The position numbers and the translations under genes were made by a program. DNA of 64,000 bases from Desulfosudaceae bacterium (GTDB lineage: Bacteria > Desulfobacterota > Desulfobacteria > Desulfobacterales > Desulfosudaceae), in contig CAXXDV010000003.1 of the NCBI GenBank assembly GCA_963674745.2, forward strand, positions 960,001 to 1,024,000, written 5' to 3'. Below the pieces are notes generated by a model, which had not been told where the DNA came from, made no database searches, and saw only the letters and a program-made list of their open reading frames with translations. This document shows positions 41,362-51,186 of the stretch, piece by piece (within the stretch, counting starts at the first letter, position 1; each line of letters starts with the position of its first letter).

Positions 41362-42756
41362 TTAATGAACTGCCCTGTATTCCTCAAGCGCTTTTTGTAT
41401 GTCATTGATAAAATCTTTCGGAAAAAGCTTTCCCGCCACTTTCTGCTGAACGGTTTTACTGGCCTTTTCAATCGCCTGTTGATCTTCGGGTGAAAAGGTT
41501 AACGCCTTCATGCCGCATTTGGTTTCAAATGCTTTCAGGCATTTTTCTTCGTAGTTTCTGATCTGTCGCTTCCATTCCGACTCAAGGGAAGACCATTCAA
41601 AGGCCCATACTTCCATAAAATTCCGGAAAAAAATTTCGGATCCATCGAGATGTTGTCGAATTTTATCTTTCATATAGCTACCGACAATAATGGCCCCTGG
41701 AGTGTAGATTACGGGCTGCTTAAAGTAATAGTTTAAATATGGATAAGCCTGCATGCCCAGCACCCAGGACGGCGGAGCCATCATTATATTGTCCCGGATG
41801 TTATTGAGCGTGGCAACAAGGTCCGGCACGTCAACAGAATCCGGGCTGATCCCCAGTTCCGTGTAAAATGTTTTTTCAAACTCACCGAACCAGCTGAGCA
41901 CGTTCTCTCTTCGCATATCATCCAGCCCGGTTATTTTGTTTCCTGAAAATATATTTAAAAACCCGGTGTCAATAAGTGCCAGCAGGGTATAACCTCGCTT
42001 TTCAAAACTTTCGTCCAGTCTTTTTCTAAATTTTTCAGATATATAATCGACCTCATCATAATTTCGGAACAAACCGGGCAACATCAGCACCGACGATTCC
42101 GGGCAGGCTTCCAGCATACCCAGTGCGGTGCAGCCGCAATCGTCCAGTTCGCCGTTTTCCATTTTCTGAAGAACCTCTCTGTCATCGCCCATGACACCGC
42201 CGCCGTAAAGTTTTGTCTGGAGTCTTCCGCGGGCCAGCCTCTGTTCAAGTTCAGGAAAACCGATGGTTTCAGCAACCGTTAGCCAGGGGGTACCCGGTGG
42301 AGCCAGTGAACCGCATTTAAACACGATCGGGCCTTCTGTTTTAAAGGACGAAGACAGCGACCGCCACATCACCGTTTCAAATTCTTCCCAGTTCATATAA
42401 GGGGTAAACAGGGCGTTAACCCGCTCCGGAAGCAGTTTTAAAAAATACCGGGATGTTTCCCGGCGATCCATAATAGGGAGAAGCGCTTTTTCTATCATTT
42501 TGGCAAGTTCGGACTTCTCCACTTCACCATTCGCCAACATGGTTTTTAGGATCTGTTGGCGTTGTTTCATGGCCGCGCTGAATTCCCGACCGGTCCATAA
42601 AGCCTCCAGGTTGTCCTTTAATATGTCCTCAAACTCAGCCCGGGTAGCTGCTGCTGCCGGGTCCACAAGCGGCTGTCCGGCGATAAACAGCAATATGAGT
42701 CCGCAGAACACTACTCGAGAACGGAAATTTTCAAAAAGGGTAAAAGAAAAGATCAT
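41362..42756 (-). CDS. TRAP transporter substrate-binding protein (DctP-like) with N-terminal extension
   Basis: GSLAPPGTPW, YGGGVMGDD, LPGLFRNYDEVD-type segment. Confidence 0.85.
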   Translation of the reverse strand: MIFSFTLFENFRSRVVFCGLILLFIAGQPLVDPAAAATRAEFEDILKDNLEALWTGREFSAAMKQRQQILKTMLANGEVEKSELAKMIEKALLPIMDRRETSRYFLKLLPERVNALFTPYMNWEEFETVMWRSLSSSFKTEGPIVFKCGSLAPPGTPWLTVAETIGFPELEQRLARGRLQTKLYGGGVMGDDREVLQKMENGELDDCGCTALGMLEACPESSVLMLPGLFRNYDEVDYISEKFRKRLDESFEKRGYTLLALIDTGFLNIFSGNKITGLDDMRRENVLSWFGEFEKTFYTELGISPDSVDVPDLVATLNNIRDNIMMAPPSWVLGMQAYPYLNYYFKQPVIYTPGAIIVGSYMKDKIRQHLDGSEIFFRNFMEVWAFEWSSLESEWKRQIRNYEEKCLKAFETKCGMKALTFSPEDQQAIEKASKTVQQKVAGKLFPKDFINDIQKALEEYRAVH

Positions 42757-42822
42757 TACTACACTCCCATGGGTCGTTTAGTGTCCACAAAAAGACTATG
42801 CAACTTAATATATTGGATTCCC

Positions 42823-43326
42823 TTAATCGTTATGCTCATCAAAGGTCTCGTCCCTTGTCTGAATCACCCTTTTATAGTTGCTGTACATGCTTTTTTTTTC
42901 ATGTGAGCCGGAAGGCAGACCCGGCAATCCCCGGAAAGAGAACTTTTCATTATCTGCTTCCTGCCAGGTAATCAAGGAGCAGTTTCTAATGTTCAGTTTT
43001 TCCAGCAGGTGGATGGTGCTGGTTTTCGTTTGCAACGGCACAGCCAGATACCAATAGTCGAATGCTTTTGAATAACCGAGCCACTGACATTGCGCCTGAT
43101 TCTCGGTAATTGAATCAGTTGATTCAAAAGCAATTCCCCAAGCCTTTACAGGAGTCGAGTTGTCGGTCACAAATAAATCAATAGTCAAGCCCTCCCTCTC
43201 GCTATCCTCCTGATGGTCGTGGTATAAACTACAGGACATTCCAAAATCATAATAGATGCCGGCTGCGGCAAAAACGGTTGCATCATGACTGTACTTTTGA
43301 ACAGAAAGTTGATTGTCACTCATCAT
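42823..43326 (-). CDS. Hypothetical protein
   Basis: 167-aa ORF directly downstream of the TetR gene. Confidence 0.55.
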   Translation of the reverse strand: MMSDNQLSVQKYSHDATVFAAAGIYYDFGMSCSLYHDHQEDSEREGLTIDLFVTDNSTPVKAWGIAFESTDSITENQAQCQWLGYSKAFDYWYLAVPLQTKTSTIHLLEKLNIRNCSLITWQEADNEKFSFRGLPGLPSGSHEKKSMYSNYKRVIQTRDETFDEHND

Positions 43327-43341
43327 TGGTTATTTAATTCC

Positions 43342-43992
43342 TTACTCTTTCTTCTCAATAAAGGACATGATCAACAGAAAAAAGAGATCGGCTACCCTGG
43401 TGACGTTTTCTTTCCGGGAATAGCCCACTTCATCCAGCAGTCCGTTATTGTAAAGACTGACAATACCGTGAAGCTGGCTCCATAACGATATTTGTAAAAT
43501 GCCGATATCTTGCGGAAGATTATATCCGGCCGCCTTAAATTCCATAACGCATTGACTCATTAGTTCCAGGCTTCGAAGAGTAGACTCACGTTCTCCGGCA
43601 GCTATCTTTTCCAGGACGGTTCCCACGTAGTAAGTGTATTTGGGTGCGGCCGAATCGAACATGACCTCGTAGTAATGGGGGGTGTAAAGGCCAAACTCCA
43701 CGTACGCCCGGATCATATTCCAGGCTTTTGTCTTGAGGTCTGAAACGGACCCGTAGGCGGCCGATATTTTTTCGTAAAGGATGTCACCAGCACGCTTGCG
43801 GATGGCAATATTGATCTCGTCTTTATTGGCAAAATAGTAATACAGGCTTGGCGCGGCCATGTTCATACGGGCCCCGATTTTTCGCAGGGAAAGATTCTGA
43901 AAGCCATCTTCTTTGACGACCTGTGCTGCAACGTCAATTATTTTGTTTTTAAATTCGTTTATTTCCTGATCATTCCGTGGCGTCTTGGGCAT
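43342..43992 (-). CDS. TetR/AcrR family regulator (WHG-like C-terminus)
   Basis: GFQNLSLRKIG...SLYYYFANKD; WSQLHG. Confidence 0.92.
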   Translation of the reverse strand: MPKTPRNDQEINEFKNKIIDVAAQVVKEDGFQNLSLRKIGARMNMAAPSLYYYFANKDEINIAIRKRAGDILYEKISAAYGSVSDLKTKAWNMIRAYVEFGLYTPHYYEVMFDSAAPKYTYYVGTVLEKIAAGERESTLRSLELMSQCVMEFKAAGYNLPQDIGILQISLWSQLHGIVSLYNNGLLDEVGYSRKENVTRVADLFFLLIMSFIEKKE

Positions 43993-44020
43993 TTCCCCTT
44001 TCCTTTTCCTTGATTTTAAT

Positions 44021-44049
44021 CTAACACATGTTCGTCTAACAGCTGTTAG
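44021..44049. promoter_or_regulatory. Tandem palindromic TetR operators
   Basis: CTAACACATGTTCG and perfect CTAACAGCTGTTAG just upstream of the TetR start. Confidence 0.7.
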
Positions 44050-44485
44050 GTATATGAGTCGTTGATTTATGTCAAGTAAATAATGAAGAAACGAAACGGA
44101 TTCAATTCATGGATGAAATCATGGGGAGTCGGGAATCCAGTATAAAAACCTCTTCTTTCGTTATTGCGACCCGAACCTGCCGATTCCCGGGTTATCTATT
44201 TAATTACTTTCTGGAAGGTTGAGGCTATCCGTCGCATTGCCTGTGGGTTTCAACCAGGAAGCCGGAATGACCAAGCACAGGCATTTTCTCCCTGGGTTGT
44301 AGGGGAGAACTTTTTCATGCCTTACCCCTTGTGATAATCGACGATCTCAACTTTTAATAAGAGCCATGCGGAACGTTTCGGTTTTACGAAAGAATAGGGT
44401 TGTAATATTGATTAATTACGGTGTAATATCGTTAGGGTTGTTTGAGGGGCGCAGTCTTATAAGTATTTGAAATTATTTAAAAAAA

Positions 44486-44516
44486 TGGCGGAAGTGCATG
44501 GGAATCGAACCCACCC
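44486..44516 (-). repeat. 31-bp duplicate of the selC 3' end (att core)
   Basis: TGGCGGAAGTGCATGGGAATCGAACCCACCC is identical to 55585-55615. Confidence 0.95.
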
Positions 44517-44656
44517 TTAAGTTTTTAACTATTTGATAATAAATCAAAATTTTTATAACCTGCTTTTTTTGCGGAACGTTTGCGGAACGAATTTTCAATA
44601 GCACAATCGATTTGAAATTATGCAATAGACTTTTTTTAAAAAAGAACAAGAATCAG

Positions 44657-44692
44657 TTGACAATATGTCAGATCTGACATAATATAATATTC
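44657..44692 (+). promoter_or_regulatory. TA promoter with an 18-bp palindromic operator
   Basis: TTGACA-N17-TAATAT enclosing TATGTCAGATCTGACATA; the same sequence recurs at 46190-46225. Confidence 0.8.
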
Positions 44693-45052
44693 ATGAGTCC
44701 AAGCGATAAACCACTCGTGTGGCTGCAAGGCGAAATTACAAGTCCGCCTTTTTCTTCAAATGCCCGAATTGAAGCGGGGTATTTATTACGGCAACTCCAG
44801 AAAGGCATAAAACTGTCTTTGCCTCAGTCGCGGCCAATGCCGTCAATTGGGGCTCGTTGCCATGAACTGAGGATAAACGATGAAGCAAGAACCTGGCGAA
44901 TCGTTTATCAGGTGCATAAGGATGCCATTTTGATCCTGGAGATTTTTGAGAAAAAGACAGGCAAAACTCCGAAATCAGTAATTGATGTCTGCAAACAAAG
45001 AATCAAATTCTATGAGGCAGACGTTAAGGAATGGGAAAAGAACAATGGATAA
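44693..45052 (+). CDS. RelE/ParE-superfamily (Gp49-like) toxin
   Basis: SRPMPSIGARCHELRI..WRIVY..FEKKTGKTP. Confidence 0.9.
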   Translation: MSPSDKPLVWLQGEITSPPFSSNARIEAGYLLRQLQKGIKLSLPQSRPMPSIGARCHELRINDEARTWRIVYQVHKDAILILEIFEKKTGKTPKSVIDVCKQRIKFYEADVKEWEKNNG

Positions 45053-45353
45053 GAAAAAAAAGAAAGCCATAGAGTCTAAGGGCTATAAGGTCGGCTCCGT
45101 GGATGAGCTTCTTGGCCTGAACGCTGATGAAATGGAATACATCGAATTAAAACTGTCCCTCAGCCAGGCTTTAACAAAGCACCGGAAGAAAAGCAAATTG
45201 ACACAGGCGCAGTTGGCCAAGCGGTTGAAATCCAGCCAGTCCAGGGTCGCAAAAATGGAAAACGGCGATCCCAGTGTTTCTGTTGATCTTCTGATAAAAT
45301 CCCTGCTGGCCTTGGGAGCCGACAAAAATAGCATCGCAAAAGCCATTATCTGA
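45045..45353 (+). CDS. Xre HTH antitoxin
   Basis: LTQAQLAKRLKSSQSRVAKME; downstream of the toxin (higBA-like order). Confidence 0.9.
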   Translation: MDKKKKKAIESKGYKVGSVDELLGLNADEMEYIELKLSLSQALTKHRKKSKLTQAQLAKRLKSSQSRVAKMENGDPSVSVDLLIKSLLALGADKNSIAKAII

Positions 45354-45523
45354 CTTGTCCTGAACAAACAAACTCCATTTCAAAGCACGGATCAAACTCA
45401 GGAGCGTGATTCATAGACGTCGTTTCAACTGTTTAGCTGTATTTCTAATCGATAATTTTGTTCCTGGATACATTTTTGAGGCATCAAAATTATCGTAAAC
45501 GTCACTCCAATACGGTGTTCCCA

Positions 45524-45898
45524 TCAACTCGAACACAGATTCACAACTCTTTTTCCAATATGCTTGGCCTCTTCAATTGCATTTAATGAAAATGATGCGC
45601 CAGGGCCTTGGAGCACATCCCCTTTGGCCAGCCCGTAACCAATGCTTCCCCCTGCTACTTTCATGTCATGAATTGAAAAAAAACTCTGCAAAAAGCTGAG
45701 GGCCTGCCAGCCACCGACCCTTCTTGTGGCGACAATGGCAGCAGCGACTTTCCCCTTCAGCTTCCGGGAAAACAAATATGAATACGTTCTGTCAATAACC
45801 GCTTTTGCCTGGGCACTGACATTAACAAAATATACCGGAGTTCCAAATATTATTCCGTCTACTTTTTCCATACAGTCAAATATTTGATGCATATCAGT
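45524..45898 (-). pseudogene. 5'-truncated iron-sulfur flavoprotein/NADPH-dependent FMN reductase family gene
   Basis: DGIIFGTPVYF.NVSAQAKAVIDR; the N-terminal region is cut off at the start of unit B. Confidence 0.8.
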
Positions 45899-46019
45899 AA
45901 TGCGGAACGTTTCGGTTTTACGAAAGAATAGGGTTGTAATATTGATTAATTACGGTGTAATATCGTTAGGGTTGTTTGAGGGGCGCAGTCTTATAAGTAT
46001 TTGAAATTATTATAAGAAA

Positions 46020-46050
46020 TGGCGGAAGTGCATGGGAATCGAACCCACCC
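46020..46050 (-). repeat. 31-bp duplicate of the selC 3' end (att core)
   Basis: Identical to 55585-55615. Confidence 0.95.
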
Positions 46051-46225
46051 TTCAATTTTTAACTATCTGGTATTAAATAGGATTTTTGATAATCCGCCTT
46101 TTTTGCGGAACTTTTGCGGAACGAATCCTCAATAGCACAATCGATTTGAAATTATGCAATAGACTTTTTTAAAAAAGAATAAGAACCAGTTGACAATATG
46201 TCAGATCTGACATAATATAATATTC

Positions 46226-46585
46226 ATGAGTCCAAACGATAAACCACTGGTGTGGCTGCAAGGTGAAATTACAAGTCCGCCTTTTTCCTCAAATGCCCGA
46301 ATTGAAGCGGGGTATCTACTACGTCAACTCCAGAAAGGCATGAAACTGTCTTTGCCTCAATCGCGGCCAATGCCGTCAATTGGGACTCGTTGTCATGAGC
46401 TGAGGATAAACGATGAAGCAAAAACCTGGCGAATTGTTTATCAGGTGCATAAGGATGCCATTTTGATCCTGGAGATTTTTGAAAAAAAGACAGGCAAAAC
46501 TCCGAAATCAGTAGTTGATGTCTGCAAACAAAGAATCAAATTCTATGAGGCAGACGTTAAGGAATGGGAAAAGAACAATGGATAA
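46226..46585 (+). CDS. RelE/ParE-superfamily (Gp49-like) toxin, copy 2
   Basis: Differs from copy 1 by a few residues. Confidence 0.9.
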   Translation: MSPNDKPLVWLQGEITSPPFSSNARIEAGYLLRQLQKGMKLSLPQSRPMPSIGTRCHELRINDEAKTWRIVYQVHKDAILILEIFEKKTGKTPKSVVDVCKQRIKFYEADVKEWEKNNG

Positions 46586-46886
46586 GAAAAAAAAGAAAGC
46601 CATAGAGTCTAAAGGCTACAGAGTCGGCTCCGTGGATGAGTTTCTTGGCCTGAGTGCTGATGAAATGGAGTACATCGAATTAAAACTGTCCCTCAGTCAG
46701 GCTTTAACAAAGCACCGCAAGAAAAGCAAATTAACACAAGCGCAGTTGGCCAAGCGTTTAAAGTCCAGCCAGTCCAGGGTCGCAAAAATGGAAAACGGTG
46801 ATCCCAGTGTTTCTGTTGATCTTCTGATAAAATCACTGCTGGCTCTGGGAGCCGACAAAAATAGCATCGCAAAAGCCATTATCTGA
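46578..46886 (+). CDS. Xre HTH antitoxin, copy 2
   Basis: Differs from copy 1 by a few residues. Confidence 0.9.
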   Translation: MDKKKKKAIESKGYRVGSVDEFLGLSADEMEYIELKLSLSQALTKHRKKSKLTQAQLAKRLKSSQSRVAKMENGDPSVSVDLLIKSLLALGADKNSIAKAII

Positions 46887-47119
46887 GATTAATTAGCGTT
46901 GTTTCCTGTTCGGTTTGGTCTATATTTCGCCCAAAGGGAATCCCAAGCTTTAATTCTTTGGCTTTCCGTTCCACAAAACAATTGATCATGGCCGGTATAT
47001 CCTCTGCGGAACGTTTGCGGAACGAATTCGAAATAATTTATCGCAAATATATTCTTTTTTGACTTCATAAATTTTCCCCATGAATTTTCTTGTTTTTCGA
47101 TCCTGAAGCGCAATACATT

Positions 47120-49780
47120 TTATTCATCATCATTTTCGCCACAATTCACTCCCGATTGTAAACTTGTCAAAAAACAACCACCGCCACTGCCACTGCCGGT
47201 GTTGCCGCCATCCGTGGAATTGTTGTCCTGTCCGTTTGTCCCACTTATCACGGACCCGGTAACGCGCATGGCGATGGAATAGAGGCCGGAACGGGTGGTG
47301 ATAAAAAGGGTGCTGTTGTCCGCCCCCCCAAAACAGGCATTGGTCACCTGGCCGGGTGCGCTGATGGTTTCAATCCAATCCCCCTTGTCATTAAACACCA
47401 GCACGCCGTTCTCGCACAGATAAACATTATTCTCATTGTCAATGGTCATGCCGTCAGCGCCGATATAGGCGAAAACCTGCTTGTCCGCGAGGCTTCCGTC
47501 ATTGTTAATGGTATAATGGTATGTTACTCCGGCGCCATGGTCCGTTACATAAAGAATCGTTCCGTCTGCAGTGCCGACAATACCGTTCGGACGGATCATG
47601 TCATCAATGACGCGAACAACCGATCCGCGGTCGGGAGTGATATAATACACGTGCTGGCCGTCCTGTTGCAAAGTTGAGGAGAAATAGAGTGGATCCGTGA
47701 AATAAACACCGCCGTCCGGGCTTATCCAGAGGTCATTTGGCTCATTAAACGGAACATTATTATAGGTACCGGCGATGATGGTTGTGTTGCCGGCATCATC
47801 AATGGAAGCCAGGCATCCGCCAGTCCCCTGGCAGGCCAGAAGATTGCCGCTTGTGTCAAAATACAGGCCGTTGGTTCCCATGGAATTTGTCAAAAATGTC
47901 GACAACACTCCTTCCACGGACCATTTATAAATAAGATTCGAGGAAATATCTGAAAAAAAGATATTACCCCCGTCATCTGCAGCCGGTCCTTCGGCAAACG
48001 AGAAATTCTCTGCCAAAGAGGTCACCGTCCCCCCGGGAGCCACAACGCTTCCGGTATCATCCGTTTTAAAAAGAAAATCCGTGTTTTCAATGACCGGCAT
48101 ATCGATTTTTGAGGCGTACAGCCAGGCGCCGGAACAGTCATACACACTGGGATTTTCCTGATAATCCGGAAAGTTTTCATAATACCCCGTGCGGAGTGCC
48201 ATCAGGGTTTCTGCCTGGGTGCCGGACAGGCTGTTGCCCACCGCCGCAAAGTTGGTGGCATAGTGGTACATCATGGCACCTTCATATGCCCCGTACTGCC
48301 GAACCAGGGCAATAACATCGTCTTTGGAAACAGGCGTACCATTCATGAAAAGCCGCAGCTTTTCAGCTGTTTTCTGCCTTTGTAAGACAATGTTGTTCAA
48401 GTCTGTTCTCTGGATATCCACCAGGCCGGTTATCAGGCTCGCTTGAGTTTCATCGAGTGCGTCAAGAAATGCCTGTCCCATGTCCGCGGTAAGGTTGGTG
48501 TCAATGGTCACGGCTTCCCTTGCTATTAAGGGCGGGATGTCTTTCATGTAAAAAGAGCCAAAGTAGGTCCCGTGGCGTTCCGGACAGAAATAGGTGTCTC
48601 CTTCAACAGATCCCAGGTACCAGGCAAACAGCTGTGTGGCATAAGTGCTGACCAGCACCCGGCCGTCACTCACGGTAAGGCCGGACAGATCGACAGGATC
48701 TGCCGCCGGCCACTCTTCATTGGCAATGGTCCCGCCTTCACCCGCCTGTTCGAACAGGTTATTAAATTCGTCCAGCAAATCAGAAAGGGCTGTTTTCTGG
48801 GCATCGGTCAATCCCACCACAATGCCGCCGAGCACATTAGCCCTGGAGTAACTGATGTCCGCATCAATTTCATACAAATCTGCCGTGAATTCTTTTAACG
48901 CATCTTTATCCAGGCCTGTTGTTCCTTCCGGCAGGTCATTTTCCAGAAGACGGATGAACGCCTCGATCATGACAAATCGTTTATATCCGTATGCATCTAC
49001 CTGCCATGCCTGAGTATTGGCCAGGTCCACCAGGGCCTGAACCTGGGCATCGGTTAGAATCGACAGGACGCTGTCTGAAATTCTGCCGGCAAATTCCGTG
49101 TTATGGCCGAATCCGTTGGGTGTGATGTCCCGTAAATACTGGAATCCGAAAAAGTCGGATACTTTGCCGGGCGGAAAAAAGGTATTGGAGCAAAAATCGC
49201 TGGTCAGAAATGCCAGCGCGGAAAATGCAATTGTTTTCATCTGGGCTTCATCCCCGATGGCCTGGGTAATGGAGATCCCAGCTTCGGTTGTATCCGTTGG
49301 ATTGTTTGCATCCGGGGGGTCAGTATCTCCTGTATTTTCCGAATTTGCAAAATATGCATTGCAGGCATCGCGGCAATATTTTCGGTCACCGCAGGCAAGG
49401 TTTGACGATTCATCGCAATAGGTTTTGCAGTCTGCCTCGTTGTCAAGTCCGATCATCGTTATATAATCATAATCAGGCCCCAGAACGGAAGGGGCTTCTA
49501 CGGTGATCAAATCGGTATTATTGTCAAACCCTTCTCCTGTTTGTGTTTTAGCAATGCAGGCATCCCGGCAAGCTTGGCGTTCTTCGGCGTTTTTCAAGCA
49601 GTCACAACAATCTTTGCATTCAGGTTCAGACCCAGTATGATTCAGGCAGGTATCAGTCGTATTCTCTGATGCCATTGCGATGGATATGTGACAAAATATT
49701 CCGGAACAAATTCCAAGAACCATGAGTAAACAGATACACCAATGAAACCTTCTCATATAAAGTTCGTATTTTGGGGTCAT
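47120..49780 (-). CDS. Secreted multidomain protein: Cys-rich N-terminus, LTxxQ-repeat helical region, SMP-30/gluconolactonase propeller, GGGCF C-terminal tag
   Basis: AEGP, PNDL..DGGVYFTDP, PNGI, ADGMTID, TNACFGG; C-terminal SGSGGGCFLTSL. Confidence 0.85.
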   Translation of the reverse strand: MTPKYELYMRRFHWCICLLMVLGICSGIFCHISIAMASENTTDTCLNHTGSEPECKDCCDCLKNAEERQACRDACIAKTQTGEGFDNNTDLITVEAPSVLGPDYDYITMIGLDNEADCKTYCDESSNLACGDRKYCRDACNAYFANSENTGDTDPPDANNPTDTTEAGISITQAIGDEAQMKTIAFSALAFLTSDFCSNTFFPPGKVSDFFGFQYLRDITPNGFGHNTEFAGRISDSVLSILTDAQVQALVDLANTQAWQVDAYGYKRFVMIEAFIRLLENDLPEGTTGLDKDALKEFTADLYEIDADISYSRANVLGGIVVGLTDAQKTALSDLLDEFNNLFEQAGEGGTIANEEWPAADPVDLSGLTVSDGRVLVSTYATQLFAWYLGSVEGDTYFCPERHGTYFGSFYMKDIPPLIAREAVTIDTNLTADMGQAFLDALDETQASLITGLVDIQRTDLNNIVLQRQKTAEKLRLFMNGTPVSKDDVIALVRQYGAYEGAMMYHYATNFAAVGNSLSGTQAETLMALRTGYYENFPDYQENPSVYDCSGAWLYASKIDMPVIENTDFLFKTDDTGSVVAPGGTVTSLAENFSFAEGPAADDGGNIFFSDISSNLIYKWSVEGVLSTFLTNSMGTNGLYFDTSGNLLACQGTGGCLASIDDAGNTTIIAGTYNNVPFNEPNDLWISPDGGVYFTDPLYFSSTLQQDGQHVYYITPDRGSVVRVIDDMIRPNGIVGTADGTILYVTDHGAGVTYHYTINNDGSLADKQVFAYIGADGMTIDNENNVYLCENGVLVFNDKGDWIETISAPGQVTNACFGGADNSTLFITTRSGLYSIAMRVTGSVISGTNGQDNNSTDGGNTGSGSGGGCFLTSLQSGVNCGENDDE

Positions 49781-49835
49781 TTCACTTTCTCCTTATAACA
49801 ATTTGATGATGTGTATTATTTACTCGAATCTGATT

Positions 49836-50189
49836 TTATTTTTGATCCGGCGGCGGGTCAAGGCAGCTTATCTTTCTCGGATCAAAACCCGTAGCTTTAA
49901 TGGCTTCCTGCTGCGCCGCCCCCCGCCGGATTCCGGCTTCCCTGAAGGCGTTATTTATTGCTTTGGCATCGGCTGCGGTTAGAGAATCTGGATTATACTT
50001 AGACAGTATGTCCGCAACTTTTGATTTCAATTCATCCGTCAGGGTCTGCCCTGATTTTTTAGCCGAATTATTATAATTCCCGGTTCCAATTTCTGAGGTG
50101 TTTAACTCCTGGGCAAAAGATACATTGCAAAGATGGATGGTCAATATTGCACAGCCCCATGTTAATACGTTTTTAAAATTCTGTTTCAT
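49836..50189 (-). CDS. Small secreted hypothetical protein
   Basis: GGAGG RBS, signal peptide ending SFA. Confidence 0.7.
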   Translation of the reverse strand: MKQNFKNVLTWGCAILTIHLCNVSFAQELNTSEIGTGNYNNSAKKSGQTLTDELKSKVADILSKYNPDSLTAADAKAINNAFREAGIRRGAAQQEAIKATGFDPRKISCLDPPPDQK

Positions 50190-50249
50190 TTTGGCCCTCC
50201 TTATTCTTTTGGTTTTAAAAGGTGACTTTGGTTACCCAATGTTGATTAG

Positions 50250-50439
50250 AGTATAAAAATGAATTATGAACTGAAGATGAATTGACAAAAAAATTTTTAT
50301 TTTAATTTTTTAGCCTCAAAACATTAAACTGAGCAAATGTGTTATTTTAGATTTCGAGCATTCGCTTTAATGACCAAAAATGAACTTCATATTAATGAAA
50401 TGCGTTTTTCATTTTCGGTTCATTTTTGTTGTATATGAT
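50250..50439. promoter_or_regulatory. Two divergent promoters with OmpR-type TTCAT-N6-TTCAT boxes
   Basis: Minus: box 50266-50281, N10, TATACT. Plus: box 50408-50423, N10, TATGAT. Confidence 0.7.
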
Positions 50440-50514
50440 AAGGACGGGAAAATGATGGGAATAATTATTCAGGTGTTATTGTTTTAAATTCATTATCCTG
50501 AAAGGTGGAACGTC

Positions 50515-51186
50515 ATGCGAATTCTAATAGTCGATGATGACCAAAAACTATGTGATGTGTTGAAACGCGGTCTGGAAGAAGAAGCATACGCCGTTGATTG
50601 TGTATTTAACGGTGACGACGGGGAATATTACGCTGAAAACACCCCTTATGATCTTATTATATTAGATGTTATGATGCCGAAAAAAAATGGGACTGATGTT
50701 TGTAAATATCTTCGCCAGAAAAAAATAAACACATGCATCCTCATGCTTACGGCAAAAGATGCCGTGGAGGATCGTGTCAAAGGGCTCAATAGCGGGGCGG
50801 ATGATTATTTGATAAAACCCTTTTCATTTGATGAATTACTGGCAAGGGTGAGAGCTCTTTTAAGGCGTGATGGCGTTTCAAAATCATCTGAGTTAAAGGC
50901 TGATGACCTGTCACTTAATACTACAACGCGCGAAGTGAGGTGGAAAGAACAACTTATTAATCTGACAACTAAGGAATATTCAATTCTTGAATACCTGATG
51001 AGCAATCCCAATGCTGTTATAACTCGGACAATGATTGAAGAACATGCATGGGATTATGAGTTGGATAGCATATCAAATTTGGTCGATGTTTACATTCGAC
51101 GGATAAGACAGAAAATTGATCCGGAACAAGGTAAAAAAATCATTCAAACCATCCGTGGGGCCGGTTACCGGATAAACGTCTTATGA
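50515..51186 (+). CDS. OmpR/CusR-family response regulator
   Basis: LDVMMP, LTAKD, GADDYLIKPF, VDVYIRRIR, TIRGAGY. Confidence 0.95.
   Translation: MRILIVDDDQKLCDVLKRGLEEEAYAVDCVFNGDDGEYYAENTPYDLIILDVMMPKKNGTDVCKYLRQKKINTCILMLTAKDAVEDRVKGLNSGADDYLIKPFSFDELLARVRALLRRDGVSKSSELKADDLSLNTTTREVRWKEQLINLTTKEYSILEYLMSNPNAVITRTMIEEHAWDYELDSISNLVDVYIRRIRQKIDPEQGKKIIQTIRGAGYRINVL

Larger units (their letters stand above)
44366..45353 (+). mobile_element. att-TA unit A (~990 bp): arm site, selC 3' core, arm sites, promoter, toxin, antitoxin
   Basis: Direct repeat of 45899-46886. Confidence 0.85.
45899..46886 (+). mobile_element. att-TA unit B
   Basis: Direct repeat of 44366-45353 with scattered substitutions. 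Confidence 0.85.

Noticed and set aside
44110..44275. GGGAATCCAG/CCGGAATGAC fragments resembling a miniature inverted repeat
   Set aside because: Partial and single-copy here; cannot be supported.
44486..46050. Extra tRNA-Sec genes
   Set aside because: Only the last 31 nt are present; these are att cores.
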